Below the pieces are notes generated by a model. That model saw nothing but the letters and a program-made list of their open reading frames with translations. It was not told where the DNA came from and searched no databases. This document shows, in pieces, positions 54,610 through 64,000 of a stretch of 64,000 bases of DNA (its first letter is position 1; each line of letters begins with the position of its first letter). The stretch lies in contig CBDIQA010000001.1 of NCBI GenBank assembly GCA_965283865.1, positions 1,749,912-1,813,911 on the forward strand, written 5' to 3'. This DNA is from Allorhizobium sp. (lineage in GTDB: Bacteria; Pseudomonadota; Alphaproteobacteria; Rhizobiales; Rhizobiaceae). Position numbers and translations under genes: made by a program.

Positions 54610-56347
54610 TCACTTCTTGAATTCGACCAGCACTTCGGCCTTCGAGATCCTTGCGCAGGATCTTGCCGATCGGCGTCTTGGGCAGGGCGTCTCGGAAGAC
54701 GATGGATTTCGGAACCTTGTAGTCGCTGAGAATAGTCCGGCAGTGGGCACGGATCGCCTCCTCGGTCAGGTCTCCTTCGTGATCGGGGTTCTTGACGACG
54801 TAGGCACGCACGGCCTCGCCGGTCTTGGCGTCGGGGATCGCGACGACGGCGGCTTCCAGCACTGCGTCCATCTTGGCAAGCGCGTCTTCCACCTCGTTGG
54901 GATAGACGTTGAAGCCCGAGACGAGGACGAGGTCCTTCTTGCGGTCGACGATCTTGAGGAAGCCTTGATCGTCCATCACGGCGATGTCGCCCGTCGCGAA
55001 CCAGCCGTTCTGCAAGGCGGTTGCGCTCTCCTCGGGGCGTTGCCAGTAGCCGAGCATGACCTGGCGGCCGCGGACCAGAAGTTCACCTGGTTCGCCTGCC
55101 GCGACCTGCTTGCCATCGCCATCGACCAGGATGACGTCACAGCCCGGTACCGGAATGCCGATGCTGCCCGCCTTCGCGCGGTCGTCGAGAGGGTTGAAGC
55201 TGACGAGCGGGGATGTTTCGCTGAGGCCATAGCCTTCGGCAATCGGCGTTCCCGTCATCACCCGCCAGCGGGTGGCGACCGCCTCATGCAGGGCCGTGCC
55301 GCCGGCGATCGCTGCGCGCAGCTTCCTGGGCGGGTAGGCTGCAAACCATTCCTCGTTCATCAGGCCGTTGAACAGCGTGTTGACCCCGGTGATCCAGGTG
55401 ATCGGATAGTTTTCGATCGCACGCTGGAGGTTCTGCACCGGGCGGGGCGAGGGGATCAGGATATTGCGCGCGCCGAGTTCGAAGAAGGTCATCAGGTTCG
55501 CGGTGAAGGCGAAGATGTGGTAGAGCGGCAGCGCCGTCAGTACCTGATCCTCCCGGGCCATGACGCCACCGGATACGGCGCGCACCTGGTCGAGATTGGT
55601 GAGGATATTGCCATGGGTGAGCATGGCACCCTTGGCGACGCCGGTCGTTCCGCCCGTGTATTGCAGGAGCGCGAGGTCATCGGGACCGGAGGCTGCCCAC
55701 ATCGCCTTCACGTCCGCGCCATGCGCGCGGCCCTTGGCAAGCGCTTCCTTGATCCGAAGCACTGGGACGCCCAGCGACGGGATTGGCGGCAGAACCTTGC
55801 TCCAGAGCTTCTGGACGCCCCGGATGATCACTTCCGGCAGCTTGGGGAAGAATTCAGGTACGCCTGCGAGCACCACGGTCTGTATGCCGGTCTTCGGCAC
55901 GACCTCGGCCAGCTTGTCGGCGAACATGTCGACGATCACGAGCGCCTTGGCGCCGGAATCGTTGAACTGGTGGATCATCTCGCTCGGCGTATAGAGCGGG
56001 TTGGTATTGACCAGGATGCAACCCGCCTTGAAGACGCCGAAGGCGACAACGGGGTAGGGCAGGCCGTTTGGCAGTTGCACCGCGACCCGGTCGCCGGCGC
56101 GCAGGCCGCAGTCATGATGCAGGAAGGCGGCGAAGGCATCCGACATTTCGCCGACCTCGGAATAGGTCAGGCTGCCGTTCATGCCGTTCGGCACGACGCA
56201 GGTGAAGGCCTTGCGCGGGCCGTTTGCAGCACAGGACTGATCGACCAGATCGGCGATGCTCCTGTAGCGCAGCTCTCCCAGTTCCTGCGGAATGCTTGTG
56301 CCGTAAGCCGCCAGCCACGGCCGTGGCGGCGTGAAGATGTGTTCCAT
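54610..56347 (-). CDS. Long-chain acyl-CoA synthetase (FadD-like); probable +1 indel near 54643
   Basis: LQYTGGTTGVAKGA, EGYGLSET, TGDIA, DRKKD, LPKTPIGKILRK; removing one G gives KDLKAEVLVEFKK-TGA and removes the overlap with the BASS gene. Confidence 0.9.
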
Positions 56348-56688
56348 GTTTCCTCCCCCAGAGCGCTCTTCGGCGCTTCACCGTTCCGGTCCCCGGGCGC
56401 AATTGCGATTCCGGGAGCCGTTGAACGAGGCAAAGGATGGAATTGTCTTTGGTCAAAGTCCAGCGATTTCGGGGGGCTTGCGAGGCCTCGATAGCGTCCG
56501 GGGTGGGGTTGCCGGGGCGAAATCCCATCACGTCCGCGTTATTGAACAGGTTGCCGCAAGGCGGCGATGCGACGGCGAGCAGTGTAAAGAACCCTGGGCT
56601 TGATACCCGGTGAAATGATGCCCGCCGTCTGGCGATGATAAGGATCTAACGGCGCCGTTTGCGCTTAGATCGCGGCTCTTGCCCCACT

Positions 56689-57696
56689 TTACCCGAATGC
56701 GCGATGAATGCCGGGCAGGATGCGGGCGAGATGGTTGAACTCCGTCATGTCGTGCACCGACATTTCATAGGCTGTCATTTCGGCCACCTGCTCGTTGAAC
56801 CCGATATGGTTCAGCATTGCCGGAGCCTTTTCCGCATTGGCGAAGCGTGCCATGTCGGCATGGGCTCCTATCCAGTAGCGGCTCAAGAGCTCCATGCCGT
56901 CATCCGTATCGCGAGCAATATGGACCATCAGCGTGAAGGGAATATCGGGAGCCGGCGTTGCATAGCAAACCGCGCTGGCACTTGCGGTGAAACCTGCCCG
57001 CGCCAGGGCCTGGGCGTCGAAGCCGAGGGTTGCCGGCTCGGCGAAGTGGATGATGGCGTCGAGACGGCTCGGGCCGATCCATTCCTGGATGCGATTGGGA
57101 TTGTTGAAGAGCCGCTTCTCATAGCTCAGCGATGTATCTTTCAGGCGGGCCGGATCGGCGACGCTGGTGTCGATATGTGCCTGCGGAAACCAGAGCATAT
57201 AACGTTCTCTTTCGACCGGATGCCAGGTGAACCACCACTTGAACATGTCGGTGGTCACGCCGGGCATGACAATGCGACTTTGCGCGTAGGCCATCTGGCC
57301 ATCGAGAACGGCATAGCCGTTGTCTTTCGTCTTGTAGAACGGATCGATCAGGCGGTTGAGGTTCTGTGCGCTTGGCGAAAGCACTTCCCCGGGATCGAGG
57401 GGGCCGAACTGAATGGCCTGAGCAGCGGCCGACGGGACCGAGAGATCCATGTCGAGGAAGTCCGCATAAGGGGTGACGCGTACCGCCTGCTCATTGGCCT
57501 TGCGCTGCTTCTGGCTTTGCAGGGAAAGATAGGTGACCGTGCTCCAGTCCCCATAAGCGTCACCCCGCGACGCCGGTTCGGTGGTCGCCATTGCGCGCGC
57601 CATTTCCGGAGAACTCAAGAGGGCAGCAGAGGTGGTTCCGACAATTGCGGCCGGGGCACTTTTGAGAAGCGTGCGACGGGAAATCGAATTGGTCAT
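56689..57696 (-). CDS. PhlG-like (DAPG hydrolase family) protein with twin-arginine signal peptide
   Basis: Tat motif SRRTLLK and ARAMA cleavage region; MPGVTTDMFKWWFTWH, RYMLWFPQAH, EWIG, MVHIARDT, SRYWIG, HDMTEFNHLARILP resemble PhlG. Confidence 0.75.
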   Translation of the reverse strand: MTNSISRRTLLKSAPAAIVGTTSAALLSSPEMARAMATTEPASRGDAYGDWSTVTYLSLQSQKQRKANEQAVRVTPYADFLDMDLSVPSAAAQAIQFGPLDPGEVLSPSAQNLNRLIDPFYKTKDNGYAVLDGQMAYAQSRIVMPGVTTDMFKWWFTWHPVERERYMLWFPQAHIDTSVADPARLKDTSLSYEKRLFNNPNRIQEWIGPSRLDAIIHFAEPATLGFDAQALARAGFTASASAVCYATPAPDIPFTLMVHIARDTDDGMELLSRYWIGAHADMARFANAEKAPAMLNHIGFNEQVAEMTAYEMSVHDMTEFNHLARILPGIHRAFG

Positions 57697-57755
57697 GAGC
57701 GGGTTCCTTCGCGAAGATCTTCGGGGCTTGACCGCGAAACTATGGAATGTTTCTC

Positions 57756-57770
57756 ATCAATCAAATCGAT
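57756..57770. promoter_or_regulatory. LysR-type (nod-box-like) operator ATC-N9-GAT
   Basis: ATC-AATCAAATC-GAT in the AT-rich divergent promoter. Confidence 0.5.
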
Positions 57771-57792
57771 CTGAATTATAAGTGGAATTAAC

Positions 57793-58716
57793 GTGGCTGA
57801 TATCGTGGACATCGATCTCAATCTGCTGCTCTCGATGGAGGCGCTGCTGGAGGAAAGGAATGTGTCGCGTGCGGCGCGGCGCCTTTCACTAGGCCAGCCC
57901 GCCATGAGCCATAATCTGGCGCGCCTTCGACGCTTATTGGGGGACGAATTGCTGGTGCGAAGCGCTGGCGGCATGGTGCCGACGGCAAAAGCCATTAGTC
58001 TTGAAGCTGAGCTTCGCGCCACCATGCGCAAGATCCGCATGTTGTTTGCGGAGCAAATGGATTTCGATCCCTCGACGGCTCGAATGACCATTCGACTGGG
58101 CGTGACAGACAGTGCCGAAGCCATCCTCGTTCCAACCGTCTCAGCCTTGCTGCTTAAAAAGGCGCCTGGCCTGTCGCTCAAACTGGTGCCCATTGACGGG
58201 GTCGACGTCGCCGATGGTCTGGAGATGGGGCTCATTGACCTCGCTATCGGGACCTTCGCTGGGGGGAGAAGCTATCACAAACAACGCGTGATCTATTCCG
58301 AAGGCTACCACACGGTTTTCAATCCCGCTCTGGTCGCTATCGGCGATGTCATAACGCTTGATGACTACAGGCGGTATCCGATGCTTGCGGTGGAGGGAGC
58401 AGATGGAGAGTCGGTCCTGAATGCGTTGGGGCGAATGGATGTGTGGCCCCAGATCGCACTGCGGACGCCTCATCTGCTGACGATACCCTCTATCATTTCA
58501 CAAGCTCCAATGATTGCGACGATCCATACTCAGGTCGCGGAACGTTTCGCGAAGCATTTCCACCTGTCTGTCAGGCCATTTCCCAAAGAGATCGGTCTTG
58601 CCCCCGCCAAGCTGGCGCTGGTGTGGCATGCCGCCAGCGACAAAGCTCCGGCACACCGTTTCATGCGCGATCTCGTCGCCGAAGCGCTCAGGTGTCTGCT
58701 GGCGGGAAAGCTATAG
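57793..58716 (+). CDS. LysR family regulator (NodD/DntR-like)
   Basis: IDLNLL...LLEERNVSRAA..L.LGQPAMSHNLARLR...DELLVR, FDPST, LVWH. Confidence 0.92.
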   Translation: MADIVDIDLNLLLSMEALLEERNVSRAARRLSLGQPAMSHNLARLRRLLGDELLVRSAGGMVPTAKAISLEAELRATMRKIRMLFAEQMDFDPSTARMTIRLGVTDSAEAILVPTVSALLLKKAPGLSLKLVPIDGVDVADGLEMGLIDLAIGTFAGGRSYHKQRVIYSEGYHTVFNPALVAIGDVITLDDYRRYPMLAVEGADGESVLNALGRMDVWPQIALRTPHLLTIPSIISQAPMIATIHTQVAERFAKHFHLSVRPFPKEIGLAPAKLALVWHAASDKAPAHRFMRDLVAEALRCLLAGKL

Positions 58717-58786
58717 GCTTACGTATTTGTGACCCTTTTTCGCGCTGAAATCGATGGAGATAGAGCCGCGCTGGAAAAATGAAAAA

Positions 58787-58863
58787 TGGCGCACCCGACA
58801 GGATTCGAACCTGTGACCTTTGGAATCGGAATCCAACACTCTATCCAGCTGAGCTACGGGTGC
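58787..58863 (-). tRNA. tRNA-Arg(CCG)
   Basis: Minus strand GCACCCGTAGCTCAGCTGGATAGAGTGTTGGATTCCGATTCCAAAGGTCACAGGTTCGAATCCTGTCGGGTGCGCCA; 77 nt, CCG anticodon, encoded CCA. Confidence 0.97.
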
Positions 58864-59199
58864 TTCCGACGGCGGGTTGACTCGCCGTTCCAGAAGCGGT
58901 CATAGCGCAGTCGCTCGCGCGCTTCAATCCGAAAAGATCGGACTCCGCTCTGTAAATCTGCCGCGCGTATGAGATGCGGGCAGAATGGTGGAATGGAGGT
59001 CAATTGCTCGGTATCGCTTGGGGTGAGATAAACCAATCCTGGGGGAAATGAACGGCGAGCGTTCAAAAACGTCGTTTGGTGCCGGAACGGTTGCTGTTGC
59101 GCCCTTGTGGCATCGATTTAAACAGATAGTATCGTTACAGGTAGGCGTTCGCGCAAGCGGGCGACCTTTTGAGGGGTCTGTATTGGCTATGGCGGGGAT

Positions 59200-59667
59200 A
59201 TGCCGGAACTTATAATGGATGAATTCGTACCCAATGCGTCGAAACTCGACTTTTCAGTCATGGACGATGCTGTGGGTTATCGTTTGAGACGGGCACAGCT
59301 TGCCGTGTTTCAGCATTTCAATGAGGCATTTTCATCGAAGGGCCTTCGACCGACCGATTTCGCGGTCTTGCTGCTTCTGACCTATAATCAGGGGGCCAAG
59401 CAGAGCGAGGTGGCCGAGGCGCTGGGCATCCAGCGTGCGAATTTCGTGGCCATCGTCGACGGGTTGGAAAACAAAGGCTTCATCGAGCGCCGCAAGTCGG
59501 AGACCGATCGCCGCGTCCAGTCGCTCTACATGACGCCGGCAGGCGAGGCCTATCTGGAAGAGCTGATGCCTATCTGGATCGATCACGAGAAATGGGTTCT
59601 GGAGCAGCTGGGCGGTGTGGCGGAACGCGACACGGTCAACCAGCTGCTCAAGCGGCTCTACGACTGA
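59200..59667 (+). CDS. MarR family transcriptional regulator
   Basis: GYRLRRAQ, QSEVAEALGIQRANFVAIVDGLE.KG, DRR. Confidence 0.9.
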   Translation: MPELIMDEFVPNASKLDFSVMDDAVGYRLRRAQLAVFQHFNEAFSSKGLRPTDFAVLLLLTYNQGAKQSEVAEALGIQRANFVAIVDGLENKGFIERRKSETDRRVQSLYMTPAGEAYLEELMPIWIDHEKWVLEQLGGVAERDTVNQLLKRLYD

Positions 59668-59670
59668 TCC

Positions 59671-60147
59671 CTATCGCCCAATGCCCAAACCATAGCGGCT
59701 GATTGCTTCGTCGATCAGCCCATTGGCGATTTTCATCCGCATGGTTGCAGCATCGCGATAGTCCGCCGCGACGCGATCCGGATGATTCTCCCGGGCGAAG
59801 TGGCGCCTGCGCTCCTGCAGCCGATCGCGATCGTCGGATGTATCGATGCCGAGATCCTCGGCGACTTCGGCGGGGGAGAGACGCTCCAGCCAGGCTGGCG
59901 GTGGGGGCGGTGTTTCCGGCTCGGGCTCCGGCGGTTCGACCTCTTCAGGCATCATGAACAGGTAGGCATCGAGGCGCTGGTCCATGGCCTCGGGCGAAGC
60001 TTCAGAAGAAAATGCGGGCTGTTCGGGGACGAAGCTTGCGCGAAGTCCGTTGATGCGAAAGGCCGGTTCCTCGGTCGGGATCTGCTCTTCCGCCTCTTCG
60101 TTTAGCCTGTCGACGACCGACTGGAAGACGGACTTTCCAAACAGCAT
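59671..60147 (-). CDS. Hypothetical protein with C-terminal J-domain-like (HPD) module
   Basis: Acidic/Pro-rich linker, then RRRHFARENHPDRV...MKIANGLID. Confidence 0.7.
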   Translation of the reverse strand: MLFGKSVFQSVVDRLNEEAEEQIPTEEPAFRINGLRASFVPEQPAFSSEASPEAMDQRLDAYLFMMPEEVEPPEPEPETPPPPPAWLERLSPAEVAEDLGIDTSDDRDRLQERRRHFARENHPDRVAADYRDAATMRMKIANGLIDEAISRYGLGIGR

Positions 60148-60203
60148 GCGTATACAGACCTCCGCTGCGGCCGTGCCGCGCCTTGGCGCATAACATCATG
60201 CCG

Positions 60204-60233
60204 AGGTGGTGCGGAGCTTGTGCCGCACCACCT
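60204..60233. terminator. Stem-loop downstream of the transglutaminase gene
   Basis: AGGTGGTGCGG-N8-CCGCACCACCT. Confidence 0.5.
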
Positions 60234-60260
60234 GCTTCTACGTATCAGTGGTGTGTCAGT

Positions 60261-61082
60261 TCAGCTCTGCGACTGGCTCTGGCTTTGGGACGGTTCGACC
60301 ACAAGCTTGACCGTGAGATCCTCACCGGCGATCCCGATCCGCATGCCCGAAACAGGGGCGGCATCGGGGTAGCAGAGACCGGTTGCGATCCGGACGTAAC
60401 GGGCGTCGGGGCAGTGGTTGTTGGCGGCGTCGAAACCCACCCAGCCAAGACCCTGCAGGTGAACCTCGGCCCAGGCATGGGTCGCGACCTGCTCAACGCG
60501 GTCATCCATCAACAGGTAGCCCGAGACGTAGCGGGCGGGCAGGGCGAGCAGGCGGGCAGCGGCGATGAAGGCGTGCGCATGGTCCTGGCAGACGCCGCGG
60601 CCGGCTTCGAGCGCCTGTTCGGCCGTGGTTTCCGTGCCGGTCGTTCCCGTTTCATAGGCGATCTGGGCGTTGAGCTTGCCCATGAGGTCATGCATCTTCG
60701 CCAGCTCGTTGTCGCCGGAGAGACTGCGCGAAAGCTCGCGGATCAGCTTGCCCGGCTTGGTGAGCGGCGTGTCACGCAGATAAAGCCAGAGCGGCACATA
60801 GCCCTGATGCGGACCGAAGACGCCGGAGCGGTCCTCGGTCTCGACCTCTCCCGAGGCGACGATGTGGACGCTGTGGCTGTCGCCCTCGGTCGAGACCAGA
60901 TGGGTGTGGTTGCCGAACTGGTCGTTGAAGCCGGCTTCCACGTTGGCGCCGTCAACCGCGATGTTCCAGGAGACGATCTTCTGGCCGGGGCTGTCGAGCG
61001 GGCAGAGCCGCAGCCGTTGCAGCGAATACTGGACCGGGTCGTCATAGCGATATTCGGTGGTATGGCTTATCCGCAGACGCAT
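60261..61082 (-). CDS. Transglutaminase-like protein
   Basis: HTTEYRY, GVCQDHAH, ARYVSGY, HAWAE, WVGFD; SQ-repeat tail. Confidence 0.92.
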   Translation of the reverse strand: MRLRISHTTEYRYDDPVQYSLQRLRLCPLDSPGQKIVSWNIAVDGANVEAGFNDQFGNHTHLVSTEGDSHSVHIVASGEVETEDRSGVFGPHQGYVPLWLYLRDTPLTKPGKLIRELSRSLSGDNELAKMHDLMGKLNAQIAYETGTTGTETTAEQALEAGRGVCQDHAHAFIAAARLLALPARYVSGYLLMDDRVEQVATHAWAEVHLQGLGWVGFDAANNHCPDARYVRIATGLCYPDAAPVSGMRIGIAGEDLTVKLVVEPSQSQSQSQS

Positions 61083-61096
61083 GCGCTCAATCCTGC

Positions 61097-62044
61097 TCAG
61101 CTGTAGAACCGGTAACCCTCGGTGATCTCATTGCCCAGCTTGTTGTTGCTGGCTATGAAATCGTCGAGGAATTCGTGCAGTCCCTGGTCCATGATGGTGC
61201 CGATGGTGGTCGACTTCAGCGTCTTGGCGACGCTGTCGGCGGTCTCGTGGGCCGGCAGCCGGTGCGCATAATCCTTGGCGAGATAGCCGAGGTTCGAGGT
61301 GATCTTCTCGTAGCAATAGGCCAGCGACCGGGGCATCTGGCCGTTGAGGATCAGGAAGTCGGCGATGTTGGCCGCCTTGTATTCCCCGTCATAGACCCAG
61401 CGATAGGAGCGATGGGCGGAGACCGAACGCAGGATCGATTCCCACTGCATGTTGTCGAGCGAAGAGCCGACATGGGTGATCGCCGGCAGGAGCACGTAGT
61501 ACTTCACGTCGAGGATACGGCTCGTATTGTCAGCCCGCTCGATGAAGGTGCCGATGCGGGCGAAGTTGTAGATCTCGTTCCTCAACATCGAGCCATGGAA
61601 GGCGCCGCGGATCAGGCCGGCCCTGCGCTTCACCGTGTCGATGACCTCGGGCAGATCGGCCGACTTCAGCTTACGGGCGAGCATCTGCTTGAGCTCGATC
61701 CAGCATTCATTGGTCGCTTCCCAGGTTTCACGCGTCAGAGCCGTGCGCACCATGCGGGCATTGTTGCGGCCTGCGTCGATGCAGGACATGACGCTCGACG
61801 GGTTGGCCGTGTCGCGCAGCATGAAGTCGATGGCATCCGAGGCCGTCACCTTGCCGTGGCGTTCGGCAAACAGCGGGCGCACATCGGCGCTCTTCAGCAC
61901 CGCGTCCCAATCCTCGTCCGAGGCGCCTGAGCGGGTGAGCGACATGCGAAGGCCCGCATCGACGAGACGGGCGATGTTTTCGGCTCTCTCGATGTAGCGG
62001 AACATCCAAAAGAGGCCGTTGGCAGTTCTTCCGAGCATGACCAT
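61097..62044 (-). CDS. Alpha-E domain protein
   Basis: LGRTANGLFWMFRYIERAEN.AR, RNNARMVR, GTFIERAD.TSRILDVKY, PRSL. Confidence 0.92.
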   Translation of the reverse strand: MVMLGRTANGLFWMFRYIERAENIARLVDAGLRMSLTRSGASDEDWDAVLKSADVRPLFAERHGKVTASDAIDFMLRDTANPSSVMSCIDAGRNNARMVRTALTRETWEATNECWIELKQMLARKLKSADLPEVIDTVKRRAGLIRGAFHGSMLRNEIYNFARIGTFIERADNTSRILDVKYYVLLPAITHVGSSLDNMQWESILRSVSAHRSYRWVYDGEYKAANIADFLILNGQMPRSLAYCYEKITSNLGYLAKDYAHRLPAHETADSVAKTLKSTTIGTIMDQGLHEFLDDFIASNNKLGNEITEGYRFYS

Positions 62045-62045
62045 G

Positions 62046-63464
62046 TCAGTCCTCCAGTACCCAGGTGTCCTTGGTGCCGCCGCCCTGGCTGGAATTGACC
62101 ACCAGCGAGCCCTCCTTCAGCGCCACGCGGGTGAGCCCGCCGGGAATGATCTGCACCTTGTCGGAAACGAGCACATAGGGCCTGAGATCGACGTGCCGGG
62201 GCGCAATCCCCTTGTTGACGAGGATCGGCACCGTCGAGAGCGACAGCGTCGGCTGGGCGATATAGTTCGAGGGGCGTGCCTTCAGCTTGTCGGCGAAGTC
62301 AGCGCGTTCCTTCTTTGTGGCCGTCGGGCCGACCAGCATGCCGTAGCCGCCGGAGCCGTGGACTTCCTTGACGACGAGCTCTTCCAGATGTTCGAGCACG
62401 TATTTCAGGCTGTCGGCTTCCGAACAGCGCCAGGTGGGCACGTTCTCAAGCAACGCCTTGCGACCGGTGTAGAATTCGACGATCTCCGGCATGTAGGAGT
62501 AAATCGCCTTGTCGTCGGAAATGCCGGTGCCCGGAGCATTGGCGATGGTTATGTTGCCGGCGCGGTAGACGTCCATAATGCCGGGAATGCCGAGCGCCGA
62601 ATCGGGCCGGAAGGTGAGGGGGTCGAGGAAGTCGTCGTCAACGCGGCGGTAGAGAACGTCGATCGCCTCGTAGCCGCGCGTGGTGCGCATCTTCACCTTG
62701 CCGTCGATGACGCGCAGGTCCGAACCTTCGACCAGTTCCACGCCCATCATATCGGCGAGGAAGGAGTGCTCGTAGTAGGCGGAATTGTAGATGCCGGGGG
62801 TGAGCACTGCGACGCGCGGCTTGCCCTTGCAGCCGGGAGGGGCAAGCGAAGCGAGCGACTGCCGCAGCAAATATGGGTAATCCTCGACGCGCTGGACCTT
62901 GTTGAGCTGGAAGAGCTCCGGGAACATCTGCATCATGGTTTCCCGGTTCTCCAGCATATAGGAGACGCCGGAAGGCGTGCGGGCATTGTCTTCCAGCACG
63001 TAGAACTGGTCTTCGCCCGTGCGTACGATGTCGGTGCCGACGATGTGGGTGTAGACGCCACCCGGCGGGCGGAATCCGATCATCTCGGGCAGGAAGGCGA
63101 CGTTCTTCTCGATCAGCTCGCGGGGAATGCGGCCGGCCTTGATGATTTCCTGCTTGTGGTAGATGTCGTCGAGAAAGGCGTTGAGCGCCAGCACGCGCTG
63201 TTCGATGCCCTGGGCGAGCTTGCGCCATTCGCGGCCGGAAATGATGCGCGGGATGATGTCGAAGGGGATCAGCTTCTCGGCGCTGTCAGCATGGCCGTAG
63301 ACGGCGAAGGTGATGCCGGTCTTGCGGAATATGTTCTCCGCATCTCTCGACTTGGCCAGAAGCCTTGCCGGGTCCTGGCTGGAATACCAATCGAAATAGT
63401 TCTGATAAGGTCCGCGCGGAGCACCGTCCGCACCAATCATTTCATCAAATGCCAATGGCGCCAT
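62046..63464 (-). CDS. Circularly permuted type 2 ATP-grasp protein
   Basis: IPFDIIPR, VLEDNARTPSGVSYMLENR, AYYEHSFLA, RHVDLRP, VVNSSQGGGTKDTWVL. Confidence 0.94.
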   Translation of the reverse strand: MAPLAFDEMIGADGAPRGPYQNYFDWYSSQDPARLLAKSRDAENIFRKTGITFAVYGHADSAEKLIPFDIIPRIISGREWRKLAQGIEQRVLALNAFLDDIYHKQEIIKAGRIPRELIEKNVAFLPEMIGFRPPGGVYTHIVGTDIVRTGEDQFYVLEDNARTPSGVSYMLENRETMMQMFPELFQLNKVQRVEDYPYLLRQSLASLAPPGCKGKPRVAVLTPGIYNSAYYEHSFLADMMGVELVEGSDLRVIDGKVKMRTTRGYEAIDVLYRRVDDDFLDPLTFRPDSALGIPGIMDVYRAGNITIANAPGTGISDDKAIYSYMPEIVEFYTGRKALLENVPTWRCSEADSLKYVLEHLEELVVKEVHGSGGYGMLVGPTATKKERADFADKLKARPSNYIAQPTLSLSTVPILVNKGIAPRHVDLRPYVLVSDKVQIIPGGLTRVALKEGSLVVNSSQGGGTKDTWVLED

Positions 63465-63844
63465 CCCCTTTTTTGGTCATTTGAATACAAGCATTTGGGC
63501 AATGCAAGCTGCATCGCAGGCTGTACGCGTAGAATTAGAAATATCTGCTTTTGCCTGTATGAGCGGCATTGGCGCAAAGTTTGTGCAATTCAGCCTTTGT
63601 CTTTCGCCGGTTTTGCGGTTCTGCCGGGCGGTGGTTTCGCATTTGTCAGGCGTAGCGCATATGAGTCTTGAGTTTCTGCTGTAGATTTAGGCAGGTGCTT
63701 CGCAATGTTTTTTGTCGCGAGGCCTGTTGTGAGCGGAATTCAACGGCAGTTGCAGGAAAACTCTTTTGACCGCGGGCGGGGTGGCCTTTATCGAGACGGG
63801 CAGCCGGCGGTTTGCGATCCGGTCCTCGAAAGACGAATCCGCTC

Positions 63845-64000
63845 ATGACCCTTGCCCGTCTCGCTCCCGTGCTCTTCGTGTTGTTGTGGTCGACCGGATG
63901 GGTCTCGGCCAAATACGCGACCTTCTTTGCCGATCCGCTGACCTTTCTCGTCGTCCGCTACGGGGCGGCAGTCGTGCTGTTCTACATCGTCTGTCGCATC
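63845..64000 (+). CDS. DMT/EamA transporter (5' part; runs off window edge)
   Basis: Manual translation MTLARLAPVLFVLLWSTGWVSAKYATFFADPLTFLVVRY; typical EamA N-terminus. Confidence 0.8.
   Translation, partial: MTLARLAPVLFVLLWSTGWVSAKYATFFADPLTFLVVRYGAAVVLFYIVCRI

Noticed and set aside
56500-58863. Integrative element with att repeats at tRNA-Arg
   Set aside because: There is no integrase, and I found no duplicated tRNA 3' end by eye; reported only as a possible islet.

Overview
GC-rich chromosomal window from a Rhizobiaceae-like alphaproteobacterium. Left to right it contains: a partial heme oxygenase gene; the urea ABC transporter urtABCDE; a urease cluster (ureD-A-B-C-E-F-G) interrupted by accessory genes; a Crp/Fnr regulator, an Omp25-type OMP and an RND efflux pair; a reductive pyrimidine-degradation cluster (ABC transporter, hydA, Zn amidohydrolase, RutR-type regulator, preA/preT) carrying an inserted MazF/DUF3018 toxin-antitoxin pair; and a truncated haemoglobin and an ABC-F ATPase. 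The most striking locus is a GT41 (OGT/SPINDLY-like) glycosyltransferase gene with glf and galE downstream. It is transcribed divergently from a 1711-aa protein made of 213 uninterrupted Ser/Thr-rich octapeptides arranged in 17- and 10-octamer super-repeats, which suggests a candidate protein O-glycosylation (possibly galactofuranosylation) system. The right end holds an acyl-CoA ligase with a BASS symporter, a Tat-signal PhlG-like hydrolase with a LysR regulator next to tRNA-Arg(CCG), a MarR regulator, and the ATP-grasp/alpha-E/transglutaminase triad. Many genes carry single-base indels (densest at about 22.7-25 kb) that look more like assembly or sequencing errors than real decay. All family calls come from motif recognition by eye; no database search was run.
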